DNA of 64,000 bases from an uncultured Gammaproteobacteria bacterium (GTDB taxonomy: Bacteria > Patescibacteriota > Microgenomatia > Levybacterales > UBA12049), in assembly GCA_964533055.1 (NCBI GenBank), contig CAZHKZ010000002.1, forward strand, positions 8,129 to 72,128, given 5' to 3'. The translations under genes were made by a program, and so were the position numbers. The notes beneath the pieces were generated by a model, which saw only the letters and a list, made by a program, of their open reading frames with translations, was not told where the DNA came from and made no database searches. This document shows, one piece after another, positions 10,539 to 20,121 of the stretch; the first letter of the stretch is position 1, and every line of letters starts with the position of its first letter.

Positions 10539-12194
10539 ATGAAAACTACTTTGATCAAAAAGAATTCTATTATTCTTATTTGTATACTTATCCTCGCAGC
10601 GCTTTTACGTTTTGTATCTCTTGATTCTAATCCACCCTCACTGAGCTGGGATGAAGTAGCCTGGGGCTACAATGCCTATTCATTAGGGATTGATGGAAAG
10701 GATGAATTTGGACGATTTTTGCCGATAGATTTTCTTGAGTCATATGGTGATTTCAAGCCACCACTTTATGCATATTTAGATATTCTACCAGTAAAAATAC
10801 TGGGTCTAACTGATGCAGCGCCTCGAATTCCATCCGCCTTTTTCGGAGTGTTTACAGTTCTTGTAACCTACTTTTTATCCTTACGACTTTTTCCTAGGTC
10901 TTTGCGAAAAAAAGAATTTGCATTAGTTGCTGCATTTATTCTCGCAATATCACCTTGGCATATTATGCTCTCAAGAGGTGCATTTGAGGCAAATGTAGCA
11001 CTCTTTTTTATAACAACAGCTGGCTACTTTTTTCTCAAAGGTGTTCAGGAAAAGAGTTGGAGCATTGTTGTAGCAGCGGCTTTATTTGCAGCATCTTTTT
11101 ATATTTTCAACACTGCCAGAATTTTTTCCCCACTGCTTGTAGTTCTTTTTATATTGGTTTTTTGGAGGACATTGTTGAGGATGAGGGTGAAGATTCTAGT
11201 AGCCATATTTGTTGGAATTGCTATGATCTTGCCACTCATCGGATTTCTGCTTTCACCTCAAGCGAGTCTACGTTTTAAGGAGGTAAATATCTTCTCAGAT
11301 ACCTCGATTGTGACAAATTCGAATCAAGAAATTACGAATGATAAAAATGCAGTTTATGGGAAGCTATTTCATAATAGACGACTTGGTTATGCGACTGAAT
11401 ATGCAAAGCACTACATGGATCATTTCAATTTTTCCTTCCTTTTCTTAAAAGGCGATGAGAACTCTCGCTTTTCAACTATGGACGTTGGTGTAATGTATCT
11501 TTGGCAATTCCCAGCTTTATTAATTGGTGCCTTAGTACTATTTAGAAAGCGAGAAGGGGAGTGGTGGATCATTCCGACATGGATACTTTTAGCGATTGTA
11601 CCAGCTGCAGTGGCACGTGAGACGCCTCATGCGCTGAGAATTGAGAATGCGATTCCTTTTTATCAGATTTTGACAGCGTACGGGCTTGTCCACCTATGGC
11701 ATTCTCTCAAAGAAAAAATATTGTCTAACAAATGGACAACGACTATAAAATCTATTGGGGGGTTAATCATTGTTGTGTCATTTATATACTTTATATGGGG
11801 ACTTACTGTGCACTATTCGCGTGAGACTTCAGTTGATTGGCAGTACGGCTATAAAGATTCTTTGAAATACGCCAAGGAAAATGAATCAAAATATGATCAA
11901 GTGCGATTTACCGGTAAGCTTGGTAGGCCATATATTTACTATCTCTACTATAATAGAATTCTCCCAGAAGATTTCCGTCGAGATTCTACGATTCGTAGAG
12001 ACGAGTTTGGGTTTGTGTATGTTGAAAGAGTGGGAAAGTATACTTTTGCGAGTCCTACGATTAATGAGGCTCCGTTTGGTGACAGTAATGTGCTTGTAAT
12101 TGAGGATAGAAAGCGAGTGCCAGATAATGTGAAAATCTTAAAGAAATTTAATCTTTTGAACGGAGAGACTATTCTTGTTGGATACACTTTTTAG
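10539..12194 (+). CDS. ArnT/PMT_2-like GT-C glycosyltransferase
   Basis: 'PPSLSWDEVAWGYNAYS...GKDEFG...SYGDFKPPLYAY', 'AISPWHIMLSRGAFEAN'; multi-TM with a soluble C-terminal domain. Confidence 0.85.
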   Translation: MKTTLIKKNSIILICILILAALLRFVSLDSNPPSLSWDEVAWGYNAYSLGIDGKDEFGRFLPIDFLESYGDFKPPLYAYLDILPVKILGLTDAAPRIPSAFFGVFTVLVTYFLSLRLFPRSLRKKEFALVAAFILAISPWHIMLSRGAFEANVALFFITTAGYFFLKGVQEKSWSIVVAAALFAASFYIFNTARIFSPLLVVLFILVFWRTLLRMRVKILVAIFVGIAMILPLIGFLLSPQASLRFKEVNIFSDTSIVTNSNQEITNDKNAVYGKLFHNRRLGYATEYAKHYMDHFNFSFLFLKGDENSRFSTMDVGVMYLWQFPALLIGALVLFRKREGEWWIIPTWILLAIVPAAVARETPHALRIENAIPFYQILTAYGLVHLWHSLKEKILSNKWTTTIKSIGGLIIVVSFIYFIWGLTVHYSRETSVDWQYGYKDSLKYAKENESKYDQVRFTGKLGRPYIYYLYYNRILPEDFRRDSTIRRDEFGFVYVERVGKYTFASPTINEAPFGDSNVLVIEDRKRVPDNVKILKKFNLLNGETILVGYTF

Positions 12195-12195
12195 G

Positions 12196-13839
12196 ATGAA
12201 GAAAAACACTTTTTTACTACTAGGGATCTTGCTAATTGCTTTCATTTTGCGTTTTTATGCGCTAGGTGATATTCCAAAGTCACCAGATTGGGATGAGGCA
12301 GCACTCGGCTACAATGCGTATTCGCTTCTGCATACAGGCATGGATGAATATGGCACTAGACTGCCAGTTGTCTTACGCTCCTTTGATGATTATAAGCCAG
12401 CTCTCTATGCATACCTCTCTGTTCCCTCTGTTGCAATTTTTGGCCTCAATGTATTTTCAATACGACTCATCTCTGCTCTTTTTGGAGTTGCAACAGTTAT
12501 AGCTTTTTATTTTCTTGTCAAAAAATTAACAAAGCATGATTTATTTTCTCTCATAGCAACTCTTCTTCTCGCAATTTCTCCATGGCATCTCCAGTTCTCG
12601 AGAACGGCATTTGAGGCAAATCTAGGCCTAAGTTTAATTGTCTTTACAGCATACTTTTTCCTCAAGGGAATTGAAAGGCACTGGTATTTGTCATTGAGCG
12701 CTTTTTTTGCTGGGCTTTCACTTTATGCTTATCAAAGTGAGAAGGTATTTACTCCTCTTTTCGTCTGCTTACTCTTAGTGATTTATTTTAGAAACCTTAT
12801 TCTTGTCAAGAAAAAATTCTTGATAACAGCCTTACTTGTAGGTGGTATTACTCTAACGCCATTTATTGTCTATACCATACAAAATCCTGAATCACTGGCT
12901 CGAGCAAAAGGAACTGTTGCTCTTATGACTGAGCGGGAGAAAATAAAAAATGATAATAGATATCACGATAATATTGCACAACAAAATAGCTTAGGAAGAG
13001 TGATTGACTCAAGGTTTTGGGTATATGGGTCTACTATTGTAAGTGGGTACTTTTCCCATTTTGATCCTAAGTGGCTCTTCCTTGAGGGAGATAATCCTCG
13101 TCACCACGCGCCTGATATGGGAATATTGTATTTTTTTGAATTCCCACTTCTTCTGATGGGTATGTACGCTCTCTTTTTTGATAAAAAGTATCTTAAAACC
13201 AAGAATACTAAGTTGTTAATAGCTGGGTGGTTACTTTTATCTCCTCTTGCTCCATCGGTAACAAATGATGTTCCTCATGCCGTGAGAAGCCTAACCATGC
13301 TGCCTATGATCGAGTTTATTGTGGCATTAGGAGGGGTCTCTTTTTTCTCATTTATTAAAAATATTAGGGTACATGGAAGAAGTCTCATGTATCCATTTAT
13401 CGTTGCTGGAGTAGTAGTCGTATTTTTCAATGTCAGCTACTATCTAGATCAGTATTATGTCCAAGCCCCTTATTTCAATGCAAAGGATTGGCAGTACGGA
13501 TACAAAGAGGTGGTGGCAAAGTTGGAGTCCCCAGAGTTTAGTGACATGAAGATTGTAGTTTCGGATGTTACCCCAATGGATCAGTCATACATCTTCTTTC
13601 TTTTTTATACTCAATTTGACCCGTCTAAATATCATGCGAGAATGGCTGAGTATGAGCGGACAGGTGTGCGTTCTTTTGATAACTATATCTTCAGAAAGAT
13701 TGAGTGGGAAAAAGATGCGCAAGAAAAAGATGCTATCTATGTTGGATCACCAGATAATTTCTCTGGTGAAACAATTGAATTTGGAGATGTATATTATCCC
13801 GATGGAACAAAAGCAATTGAGATTGTTAAACCACTATAG
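12196..13839 (+). CDS. ArnT/PMT_2-like GT-C glycosyltransferase (tandem paralog)
   Basis: Likely start ATG 12196. 'WDEAALGYNAYS...GMDEYG...SFDDYKPALYAY', 'AISPWHLQFSRTAFEAN', 'DWQYGYKE'. Confidence 0.85.
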   Translation: MKKNTFLLLGILLIAFILRFYALGDIPKSPDWDEAALGYNAYSLLHTGMDEYGTRLPVVLRSFDDYKPALYAYLSVPSVAIFGLNVFSIRLISALFGVATVIAFYFLVKKLTKHDLFSLIATLLLAISPWHLQFSRTAFEANLGLSLIVFTAYFFLKGIERHWYLSLSAFFAGLSLYAYQSEKVFTPLFVCLLLVIYFRNLILVKKKFLITALLVGGITLTPFIVYTIQNPESLARAKGTVALMTEREKIKNDNRYHDNIAQQNSLGRVIDSRFWVYGSTIVSGYFSHFDPKWLFLEGDNPRHHAPDMGILYFFEFPLLLMGMYALFFDKKYLKTKNTKLLIAGWLLLSPLAPSVTNDVPHAVRSLTMLPMIEFIVALGGVSFFSFIKNIRVHGRSLMYPFIVAGVVVVFFNVSYYLDQYYVQAPYFNAKDWQYGYKEVVAKLESPEFSDMKIVVSDVTPMDQSYIFFLFYTQFDPSKYHARMAEYERTGVRSFDNYIFRKIEWEKDAQEKDAIYVGSPDNFSGETIEFGDVYYPDGTKAIEIVKPL

Positions 13840-13840
13840 T

Positions 13841-14470
13841 TTAGGAGCGTTGCAGAACTGTGATATTAAGCCAGTGTTTTCCTTCTATCAGATCTTTATC
13901 TCTCCCATCATACTCAAAATATCCATTTGCTCGCCTCATCTCAGGCAGGTTTTTAAGAAAAATGATCGTATACGTGTCACGCTCTTTATAGATAATACCT
14001 CTTTGGTCTTTAAAGATAATTTCACGACCATTTTTGACAGTTAGATAGTCCTGTGGAAGTGCAGTTAAATCAGTAAGATAATCAATGCTATAAAGTCTTT
14101 TACTTGTAAAGAAAAGGATGGCACTACTACTTGTTGCAAGTTTTGTCTCAGGTCCCACAACCTCCTTTGCTAAAGATAGCTGTTTGGGATCAAGTCCATG
14201 CGCATTGAAATTAAAATATCCTGGTGAGTAGAACTCTCTAAATTTCCAGTATGTTTGCTCGTCAATTTTGTTAGAAGTCTTAACAGATTTGATGAACTCA
14301 TTCCAAACAAGTGTACGTTTAAAGGGAAAAAGAGAGCTTGAAACCTTTGGTACGAGTAGAAGGAATGAGAGAATGAGCGCTAGGGAGACGCCGATAAGAA
14401 ATACTACTGTTTGGCGCTCAGAACTGCTAGATGAGCTTTGTGTTTTTTGAGAGTGTTTACTATAATGCAT
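13841..14470 (-). CDS. Hypothetical membrane-anchored protein
   Basis: 209-aa ORF exactly filling the gap between two + genes; Ser-run N-terminus, one TM segment, then a soluble domain ('YWKFREFYSPG'). Confidence 0.7.
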   Translation of the reverse strand: MHYSKHSQKTQSSSSSSERQTVVFLIGVSLALILSFLLLVPKVSSSLFPFKRTLVWNEFIKSVKTSNKIDEQTYWKFREFYSPGYFNFNAHGLDPKQLSLAKEVVGPETKLATSSSAILFFTSKRLYSIDYLTDLTALPQDYLTVKNGREIIFKDQRGIIYKERDTYTIIFLKNLPEMRRANGYFEYDGRDKDLIEGKHWLNITVLQRS

Positions 14471-14475
14471 AGAGT

Positions 14476-16161
14476 GTGAGAATTAAGAGATTTGACTTAT
14501 TTTGTCTAGGTATTATCTTCGCAGAATCAATTGTATTCTTATTTGATTTTTTCATGAACCCGGGTAGATTTGCAAGTTTTGATGCCCCATTCCATATCAC
14601 CAATATTGCTCAGTTTGCAAATTCCTTACTTGACGGTAATTTCCCGGTTGTTTGGACAGATGGATTTGCAAATTATGGGCTTCCAATTGGTATTGTAGCA
14701 CACCAAATGACCTCCTATTTAGGCGCCCTGTTCTCATTACTCTTTAATGATCCCTATATGGGTTTTAAGGCTGTTGCTTTTATTGGAGTTGCGGGATCAG
14801 CACTGCTTTATTTTGTTTTTTTGAAACTTTATTTTTCTCCTCAAGTTGCACTTGCAGGAGCGACTCTTTTTAACCTCGCATCCTACAGGATCTTTAACTT
14901 TTATGTGAGAGGTGCGCTCCCTGAGATTTTTTCAGCCGTTTTTCTTCCCTTGATCCTTGTGGGGCTTTATTTTTTTATTGAGAAGAAAAATAGTAAAGGA
15001 TTGTTTCTCTTTGCACTATCAATATTCCTGTTAGCGGTGACTCATCCATTTATGCTTCTCATTTATGGAATTATCTATGGTCCTTACGCGCTCTATTTGC
15101 TATCAAAGAATGCTGGAGCAAAGTCTCTCCTTACAAAAAACTCAGTAAAGAAAGTTGTCTCGCTTTTTATTGCGCTCGGAATTGGCATTGTAAGTGCTAG
15201 TTTTTATCTCATACCTTTGAGTCGTGAAATAAGGTATTTTTATTACGGTCTCAACCCATCTAATCTTGAGCCGAATAGCTTTTTTTCATTTTCGTCATTC
15301 CTTAATTTCTCATGGCCGTATTTTACGCCAACTGAGACCTTCCCTCGTGGCCATATAGTGACATTGGGGATACTTGAGCTTGTTGGATTGTTAGCGGGGA
15401 TTGTTCTACTCGTTGTGCTTTTGAGAAAGAAAGAAAAGACAGAAAATGATGGATTTGTTATTTTTTCTGGGATTATCGCTCTCATTCTGATTTTCTTTAT
15501 GACCTCACTTTCAAGTGTTTTTTACACCTACTTACCTCTGCTTAATCAGATTCAATTTCCCTGGAGAATGATCTCTGGTCTTATTTTTATTATCCCAATT
15601 TTTTATTGCTATGTATTTTCAAAGAAGAATTCTCTCTTTCTTCTTGGCATATTTATGATGATTATTTTGTTGTTGAGACTACCTGAGTTATATGGTAAGA
15701 ATTACACATATATCCCCAAAAGTAGCTATGACAAGACTCTTATTAATGTCCACTCAGTACTTATGAACACGATTTGGACAGGAAAGACTGAAGAGTATCC
15801 TGTGAAGTCTTTGAAGGGAGAAATAATTGAGGGGAATGGCAGCATTGTTAAAAGAGAAGAGCATGTCGCAAAGAGAGAGTACGAAGTTCAAGCAGATAGT
15901 GCGATCAGGCTTGTAGATAATACATTTTACTTTCCAGGGTGGAAGGTATTTGTTGATGGGGTAGATACTCCTATTGAATTTCAGGACCCATCATATAGGG
16001 GAGTGATTACATACGCTGTGCCAGCAGGATCGCATCAGGTCGAGGTAGTATTTAAAGATACAAAGATCCGTTTAGTCAGCAAGATTTTGAGTCTTGGGGG
16101 CCTGATATTTTTGACTGGACTATTTATCATGAGAAAAAGAGTAGGTAGAATTATTTTTTAA
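14476..16161 (+). CDS. YfhO/PTPS-related membrane GT-C-like protein
   Basis: 'DAPFH', 'FPVVWTDGFANYGLP', 'YVRGALPE', 'IQFPWRM', C-terminal 'FYFPGWKVFVDG...VPAGSHQV'. Confidence 0.8.
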   Translation: MRIKRFDLFCLGIIFAESIVFLFDFFMNPGRFASFDAPFHITNIAQFANSLLDGNFPVVWTDGFANYGLPIGIVAHQMTSYLGALFSLLFNDPYMGFKAVAFIGVAGSALLYFVFLKLYFSPQVALAGATLFNLASYRIFNFYVRGALPEIFSAVFLPLILVGLYFFIEKKNSKGLFLFALSIFLLAVTHPFMLLIYGIIYGPYALYLLSKNAGAKSLLTKNSVKKVVSLFIALGIGIVSASFYLIPLSREIRYFYYGLNPSNLEPNSFFSFSSFLNFSWPYFTPTETFPRGHIVTLGILELVGLLAGIVLLVVLLRKKEKTENDGFVIFSGIIALILIFFMTSLSSVFYTYLPLLNQIQFPWRMISGLIFIIPIFYCYVFSKKNSLFLLGIFMMIILLLRLPELYGKNYTYIPKSSYDKTLINVHSVLMNTIWTGKTEEYPVKSLKGEIIEGNGSIVKREEHVAKREYEVQADSAIRLVDNTFYFPGWKVFVDGVDTPIEFQDPSYRGVITYAVPAGSHQVEVVFKDTKIRLVSKILSLGGLIFLTGLFIMRKRVGRIIF

Positions 16162-16165
16162 TCAT

Positions 16166-17863
16166 ATGAGATTTTTTAAGGATAACTTTTCATCTCTTCT
16201 TTTTCTTTTACTCCTCTCAGTAGTGACCATTCTCCCAGCACTTTTATACCCCCAGAGATCAGCCAACATGGACGGCATTGTTCATACTCTTGTTCCAAAT
16301 CTTTTCGCAAAGGCAATAAGTCAGGGCGACTTCCCTGTGACATGGGTTGATGGGTTCGCAAATTATGGGCTACCACTTGGAATTATTTCTCATCAAGTGA
16401 CCACATACTTAACTGCATTTATTATCCTTATTGTTCAAAATCCAGTAGTTGCATTTAATATAGTCGGTTTTATCGGAATTCTTCTCTCGAATATTTTTTT
16501 CTTTCTCTTTTTAAAAAAATACTTTTCAACACCTACGTCACTCACCGCAGTAGTTCTCTTTAATTTCTCACCATATAGAATTCTTAATTTTTATATTAGA
16601 GGTGCAATGCCTGAATTCTTTGCCAGCGTGTTCATACCCCTCATACTCCTCAGCCTTTTTGGCATATTTAAGGAAAGAAGAGTGTCAAGCTTTTTCCTCC
16701 TCATCCTGTCGGTGTGCTTTCTCATATTGACCCATCCTTTTATGTTAGTGGTAAGCCTCTTTCTCGTTGTTCCATACATTCTCTTTCTTACTGTTACAGA
16801 TGAGAAAATAGGTGAGTGGATAAGATCCTTTTTTAGAAAGAATATTCGTCCCATTATCGTGTCTTCTCTTGGTTTTGTAGTTGGCACAGGAATAGCATCT
16901 TATTTTCTCCTTCCGCTTCAAAAAGAGATTCAGTATTTTTATTATGGACTTTCTCCAAATCATCTAACCGCCAATAGCTATCTCACTCTTTATAATTACG
17001 TCGCCAACCCATGGGCTTACTTTACGAAGCTTGATATTGTGCATAGAGGATTCCTCATTAATGTGGGAATAATTGAATCACTTCTGGTTGTTTTAGCAGG
17101 AGGATTTTTTCTTTATAAAATTGTGAGTCTCAGAAGAGCCTATAAGGTAAGTATTGTTGATTTTGGCTTCTTTTGCTCCCTTATCATTATCTTTATGATG
17201 AGTCCATGGAGCACAGTTTTTTATGAGAAAATCCCAATGTTAAGTAACGTGCAGTTCCAATGGCGAATGCTTTCAGGCTTTATATTTCTTCCCCCTATCA
17301 TCGCAGCCTTTTTTCTCTCGAAGGTATCATCGCTAAAGTATCATGTACTTCTCATCCTCACTGTCCTTGTAGTAATAATGCCTCAACTTTATGGAAAGAA
17401 CTACACGCAGTACCCACAAGGGTATTACTCGTTTACGCCATTGAATCTTCATGCGACTGTTATGAATACGATTTGGAGTGGTGAGTCAGGAGAGTATCCT
17501 GTAGGTAAGCCTAAGGCTGAAATTATCCAGGGAGATGGATCGGTAAAGATTGAGAAGATGAAAGATTCACAGAGAGCATATCTTATTAATGCAAAGAGTG
17601 ATGTCCGCGTTGTTGATCGAACATTCTATTTTCCTGGATGGAATCTTTTAGTTGATGGCGTAAATCAACCGATTCAGTTCCAAGATCCTCTCTACAGAGG
17701 GGTTATTACCTATGATGTTCCCAAAGGTGATCATCGTATAGTGCTTGATTTTAAGCCAACAAAAACACGAATGGTTGGGGAATATCTTTCACTATTCTTT
17801 ATAGGTATAGTAGTAGGTATGTATTTATTTAGAAAAAAGATCCAGAGATTTATGCGAGAATAA
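16166..17863 (+). CDS. YfhO/PTPS-related membrane GT-C-like protein (tandem paralog of 14476)
   Basis: 'DGIVH', 'FPVTWVDGFANYGLP', 'YIRGAMPE', 'VQFQWRM', 'FYFPGWNLLVDG', 'FQDPLYRGVITY' shared with the upstream gene. Confidence 0.8.
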   Translation: MRFFKDNFSSLLFLLLLSVVTILPALLYPQRSANMDGIVHTLVPNLFAKAISQGDFPVTWVDGFANYGLPLGIISHQVTTYLTAFIILIVQNPVVAFNIVGFIGILLSNIFFFLFLKKYFSTPTSLTAVVLFNFSPYRILNFYIRGAMPEFFASVFIPLILLSLFGIFKERRVSSFFLLILSVCFLILTHPFMLVVSLFLVVPYILFLTVTDEKIGEWIRSFFRKNIRPIIVSSLGFVVGTGIASYFLLPLQKEIQYFYYGLSPNHLTANSYLTLYNYVANPWAYFTKLDIVHRGFLINVGIIESLLVVLAGGFFLYKIVSLRRAYKVSIVDFGFFCSLIIIFMMSPWSTVFYEKIPMLSNVQFQWRMLSGFIFLPPIIAAFFLSKVSSLKYHVLLILTVLVVIMPQLYGKNYTQYPQGYYSFTPLNLHATVMNTIWSGESGEYPVGKPKAEIIQGDGSVKIEKMKDSQRAYLINAKSDVRVVDRTFYFPGWNLLVDGVNQPIQFQDPLYRGVITYDVPKGDHRIVLDFKPTKTRMVGEYLSLFFIGIVVGMYLFRKKIQRFMRE

Positions 17864-17867
17864 TTTT

Positions 17868-18419
17868 ATGAAATACATTTATATTTTTATAGTATTTCTC
17901 TATCTTGCGATTACAACAGCTCTGTATTTCCAGCGAAATAGTGAGAGGATGTCATTGCCACTCACACCTTTTGTCTCTGATGATGCTTCAGCTCAAAGAT
18001 TAGCATATAGCTTTGCATATGACACCACAGATAATTCTCTTTTTATTGTAAGATTGGTTCATAATAAGGTTGAAACATCTCTCCATACATTTTTCTCATC
18101 AGCACTTAGGGCAGCAGACATACCCTTTCTCTTTGGCCTCTCAAAGACAGTTTCTTCACCTTATCAAATGGATTACAAGATACCCCCATTATTCTTAGTT
18201 GAATTACCCTTCTTTTTATTCTCTTGTTGGTACTTCATAACTAGGTACGAAAATGAGAAAAAAACTGTGATAGTCTTTGCACTTTCAGGAATAGTGAGTC
18301 TTATGATTGTGGGACTCTTTACCCCAGCTCTTCATCCATTGACTTTGCTTCCCCTTGTTCTCTGTATAAGAACGTTCACAGGTATTGGTGTTGTTAGTTT
18401 TATAAAAAGTAAAAAATGA
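17868..18419 (+). CDS. Small membrane protein resembling the C-terminal membrane half of the ArnT-like paralogs
   Basis: 'RLVHNK', 'DIPFLF', 'LVELPFFL', 'PALHPLTLL' align by eye with 'KLFHNR', 'NFSFLF', 'LWQFPALL', 'ETPHALRIE' of the 10539 protein. Confidence 0.65.
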   Translation: MKYIYIFIVFLYLAITTALYFQRNSERMSLPLTPFVSDDASAQRLAYSFAYDTTDNSLFIVRLVHNKVETSLHTFFSSALRAADIPFLFGLSKTVSSPYQMDYKIPPLFLVELPFFLFSCWYFITRYENEKKTVIVFALSGIVSLMIVGLFTPALHPLTLLPLVLCIRTFTGIGVVSFIKSKK

Positions 18420-20077
18420 AAGAAAAAATTTGTATCGTTGTATTTATCTGTATAGGGATCTTTTTGCGTGTTTATCAATTTGGCTCAGTACCCGCGGGTC
18501 TTTTTTCGGATGAAATATCTATTGCTGTTAATAGCAAGACGATTGCTCAAAGTGGAGTTGATGAATACGGAAGGACATATCCATTTGCATTTGAATCGCT
18601 TTCAGATTATAAAATGCCTGGATATATTTATCTCAGCGCAGTTGCATACAAAATTTTTGGTCCATCAGTTGCATCAGTACGAATTACTGCACTCATTGCC
18701 TCTCTAATTAGTATCTTCTCATTCGCGTATTTAGCACAACTCCTTTTTCCTAAGAGGAAAAATATTTTTCTCTATACGTGTCTTGTTGTTTCTCTTTGCC
18801 TATTTCATATTCATTTTTCTCGAATTGCATATGAGACGATGCTGGCTACGATGTGGCTCAGTATATTCCTCATTGGTTTTTGGAAAGTTGTCCATGAAAA
18901 GATACGGTTACACTGGGTAGTCATCACTATCTGCTGTGCAATCTTTAGCATGTGGTCTTACTATGCCCCTCGTTTTATCATCCCATTATTCTCTTTTGGC
19001 TATCTATTCTATTTAATGCTAATGGCGGAGAAGGGGAAGCGACTTTCATATCGACCCTGGCTGATTGTACTTGCTGCGACAGTAATAGCGTACCTCCCGA
19101 CATTTTTTGGATCCAAAATTGACAATAGGCCTCTAAGCTATCTTATGTCAGATACGGGTGGGGGAATAATTGCATCGGTTTTACTCAAGGCAAGATCAGT
19201 TCTCGCATCATTCACTTGGATATTCAACCTTGAATTCTTATTCGATAAAGGTGATCAATTTGCTTTTAGACATGGTACAAAAAATAACGGTGTCTTTATG
19301 AGTATATTTTTAGTTCCATATATTCTTGGCCTCCTTTTTATTTTTAAAAACTTTGCTATGAAGAACAAATCAATAGTATTTATTTGCATGTTTGCGATTG
19401 TAGCGGGGCTCCCGTCATCCCTGACATCACCGGTTCCTTACGCACCAAGACTGCTTCCAATGGTCCTTCCACTAACTCTACTTATTAGCTTAGGCATTGT
19501 TGGATGCAGAACATTACTTGAGAAAACGAGGAGGTTTGTGCAGATAGGGATTATAGTGGGAGTAGTATGCTTGCTTATGTATCAAATTCTTGTCTTCAGC
19601 CATCTTTACTTTGTTCATTTTGCGAAAGACAGTCAGCCAGAATTCTCGCAAGCATCAGTTGACCTGGGAAAATATATTGCCATTCAGCATGCTAGTGCAC
19701 CTGAAAATAATATTTATTACTTGAATGGTAAGAGTTGTCATAATTGGGGGCACGATGATCTTTATTTATGGTATTACACAGAACTTCCAAATAAAGAGTT
19801 GATCGCATGGAATAATTTGTTTAGAGATGAGAGATATAAAGAATCGAGCCCATTTGATGCGTATGACCATATCATTGCCCCATCTGGTCATATCGGCTCT
19901 ATCTTTATTAATTTACCACTTGAGGAAGTAATCTCTGCTCCAAAAGGGTCATTGATAGTTCGATGTGGTATCAATGAATCGTCTATTGAGAAGAATAATG
20001 AGAAAATTGTAAAGGCCTTTTATATGTATCCAAAAGAAAGTAGAGAGCTTTTTTATATTGTGACAGTTAAGCTCTAG
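18416..20077 (+). CDS. ArnT/PMT_2-like GT-C glycosyltransferase
   Basis: 'PAGLFSDEISI...GVDEYG...SLSDYKMPGYIY', 'HIHFSRIAYE', 'FLFDKGD'. Confidence 0.83.
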   Translation: MKEKICIVVFICIGIFLRVYQFGSVPAGLFSDEISIAVNSKTIAQSGVDEYGRTYPFAFESLSDYKMPGYIYLSAVAYKIFGPSVASVRITALIASLISIFSFAYLAQLLFPKRKNIFLYTCLVVSLCLFHIHFSRIAYETMLATMWLSIFLIGFWKVVHEKIRLHWVVITICCAIFSMWSYYAPRFIIPLFSFGYLFYLMLMAEKGKRLSYRPWLIVLAATVIAYLPTFFGSKIDNRPLSYLMSDTGGGIIASVLLKARSVLASFTWIFNLEFLFDKGDQFAFRHGTKNNGVFMSIFLVPYILGLLFIFKNFAMKNKSIVFICMFAIVAGLPSSLTSPVPYAPRLLPMVLPLTLLISLGIVGCRTLLEKTRRFVQIGIIVGVVCLLMYQILVFSHLYFVHFAKDSQPEFSQASVDLGKYIAIQHASAPENNIYYLNGKSCHNWGHDDLYLWYYTELPNKELIAWNNLFRDERYKESSPFDAYDHIIAPSGHIGSIFINLPLEEVISAPKGSLIVRCGINESSIEKNNEKIVKAFYMYPKESRELFYIVTVKL

Positions 20078-20121
20078 TATCTTGCAATTATCCCTGGTAT
20101 ATCACATGCTAAGAGGTGTAT

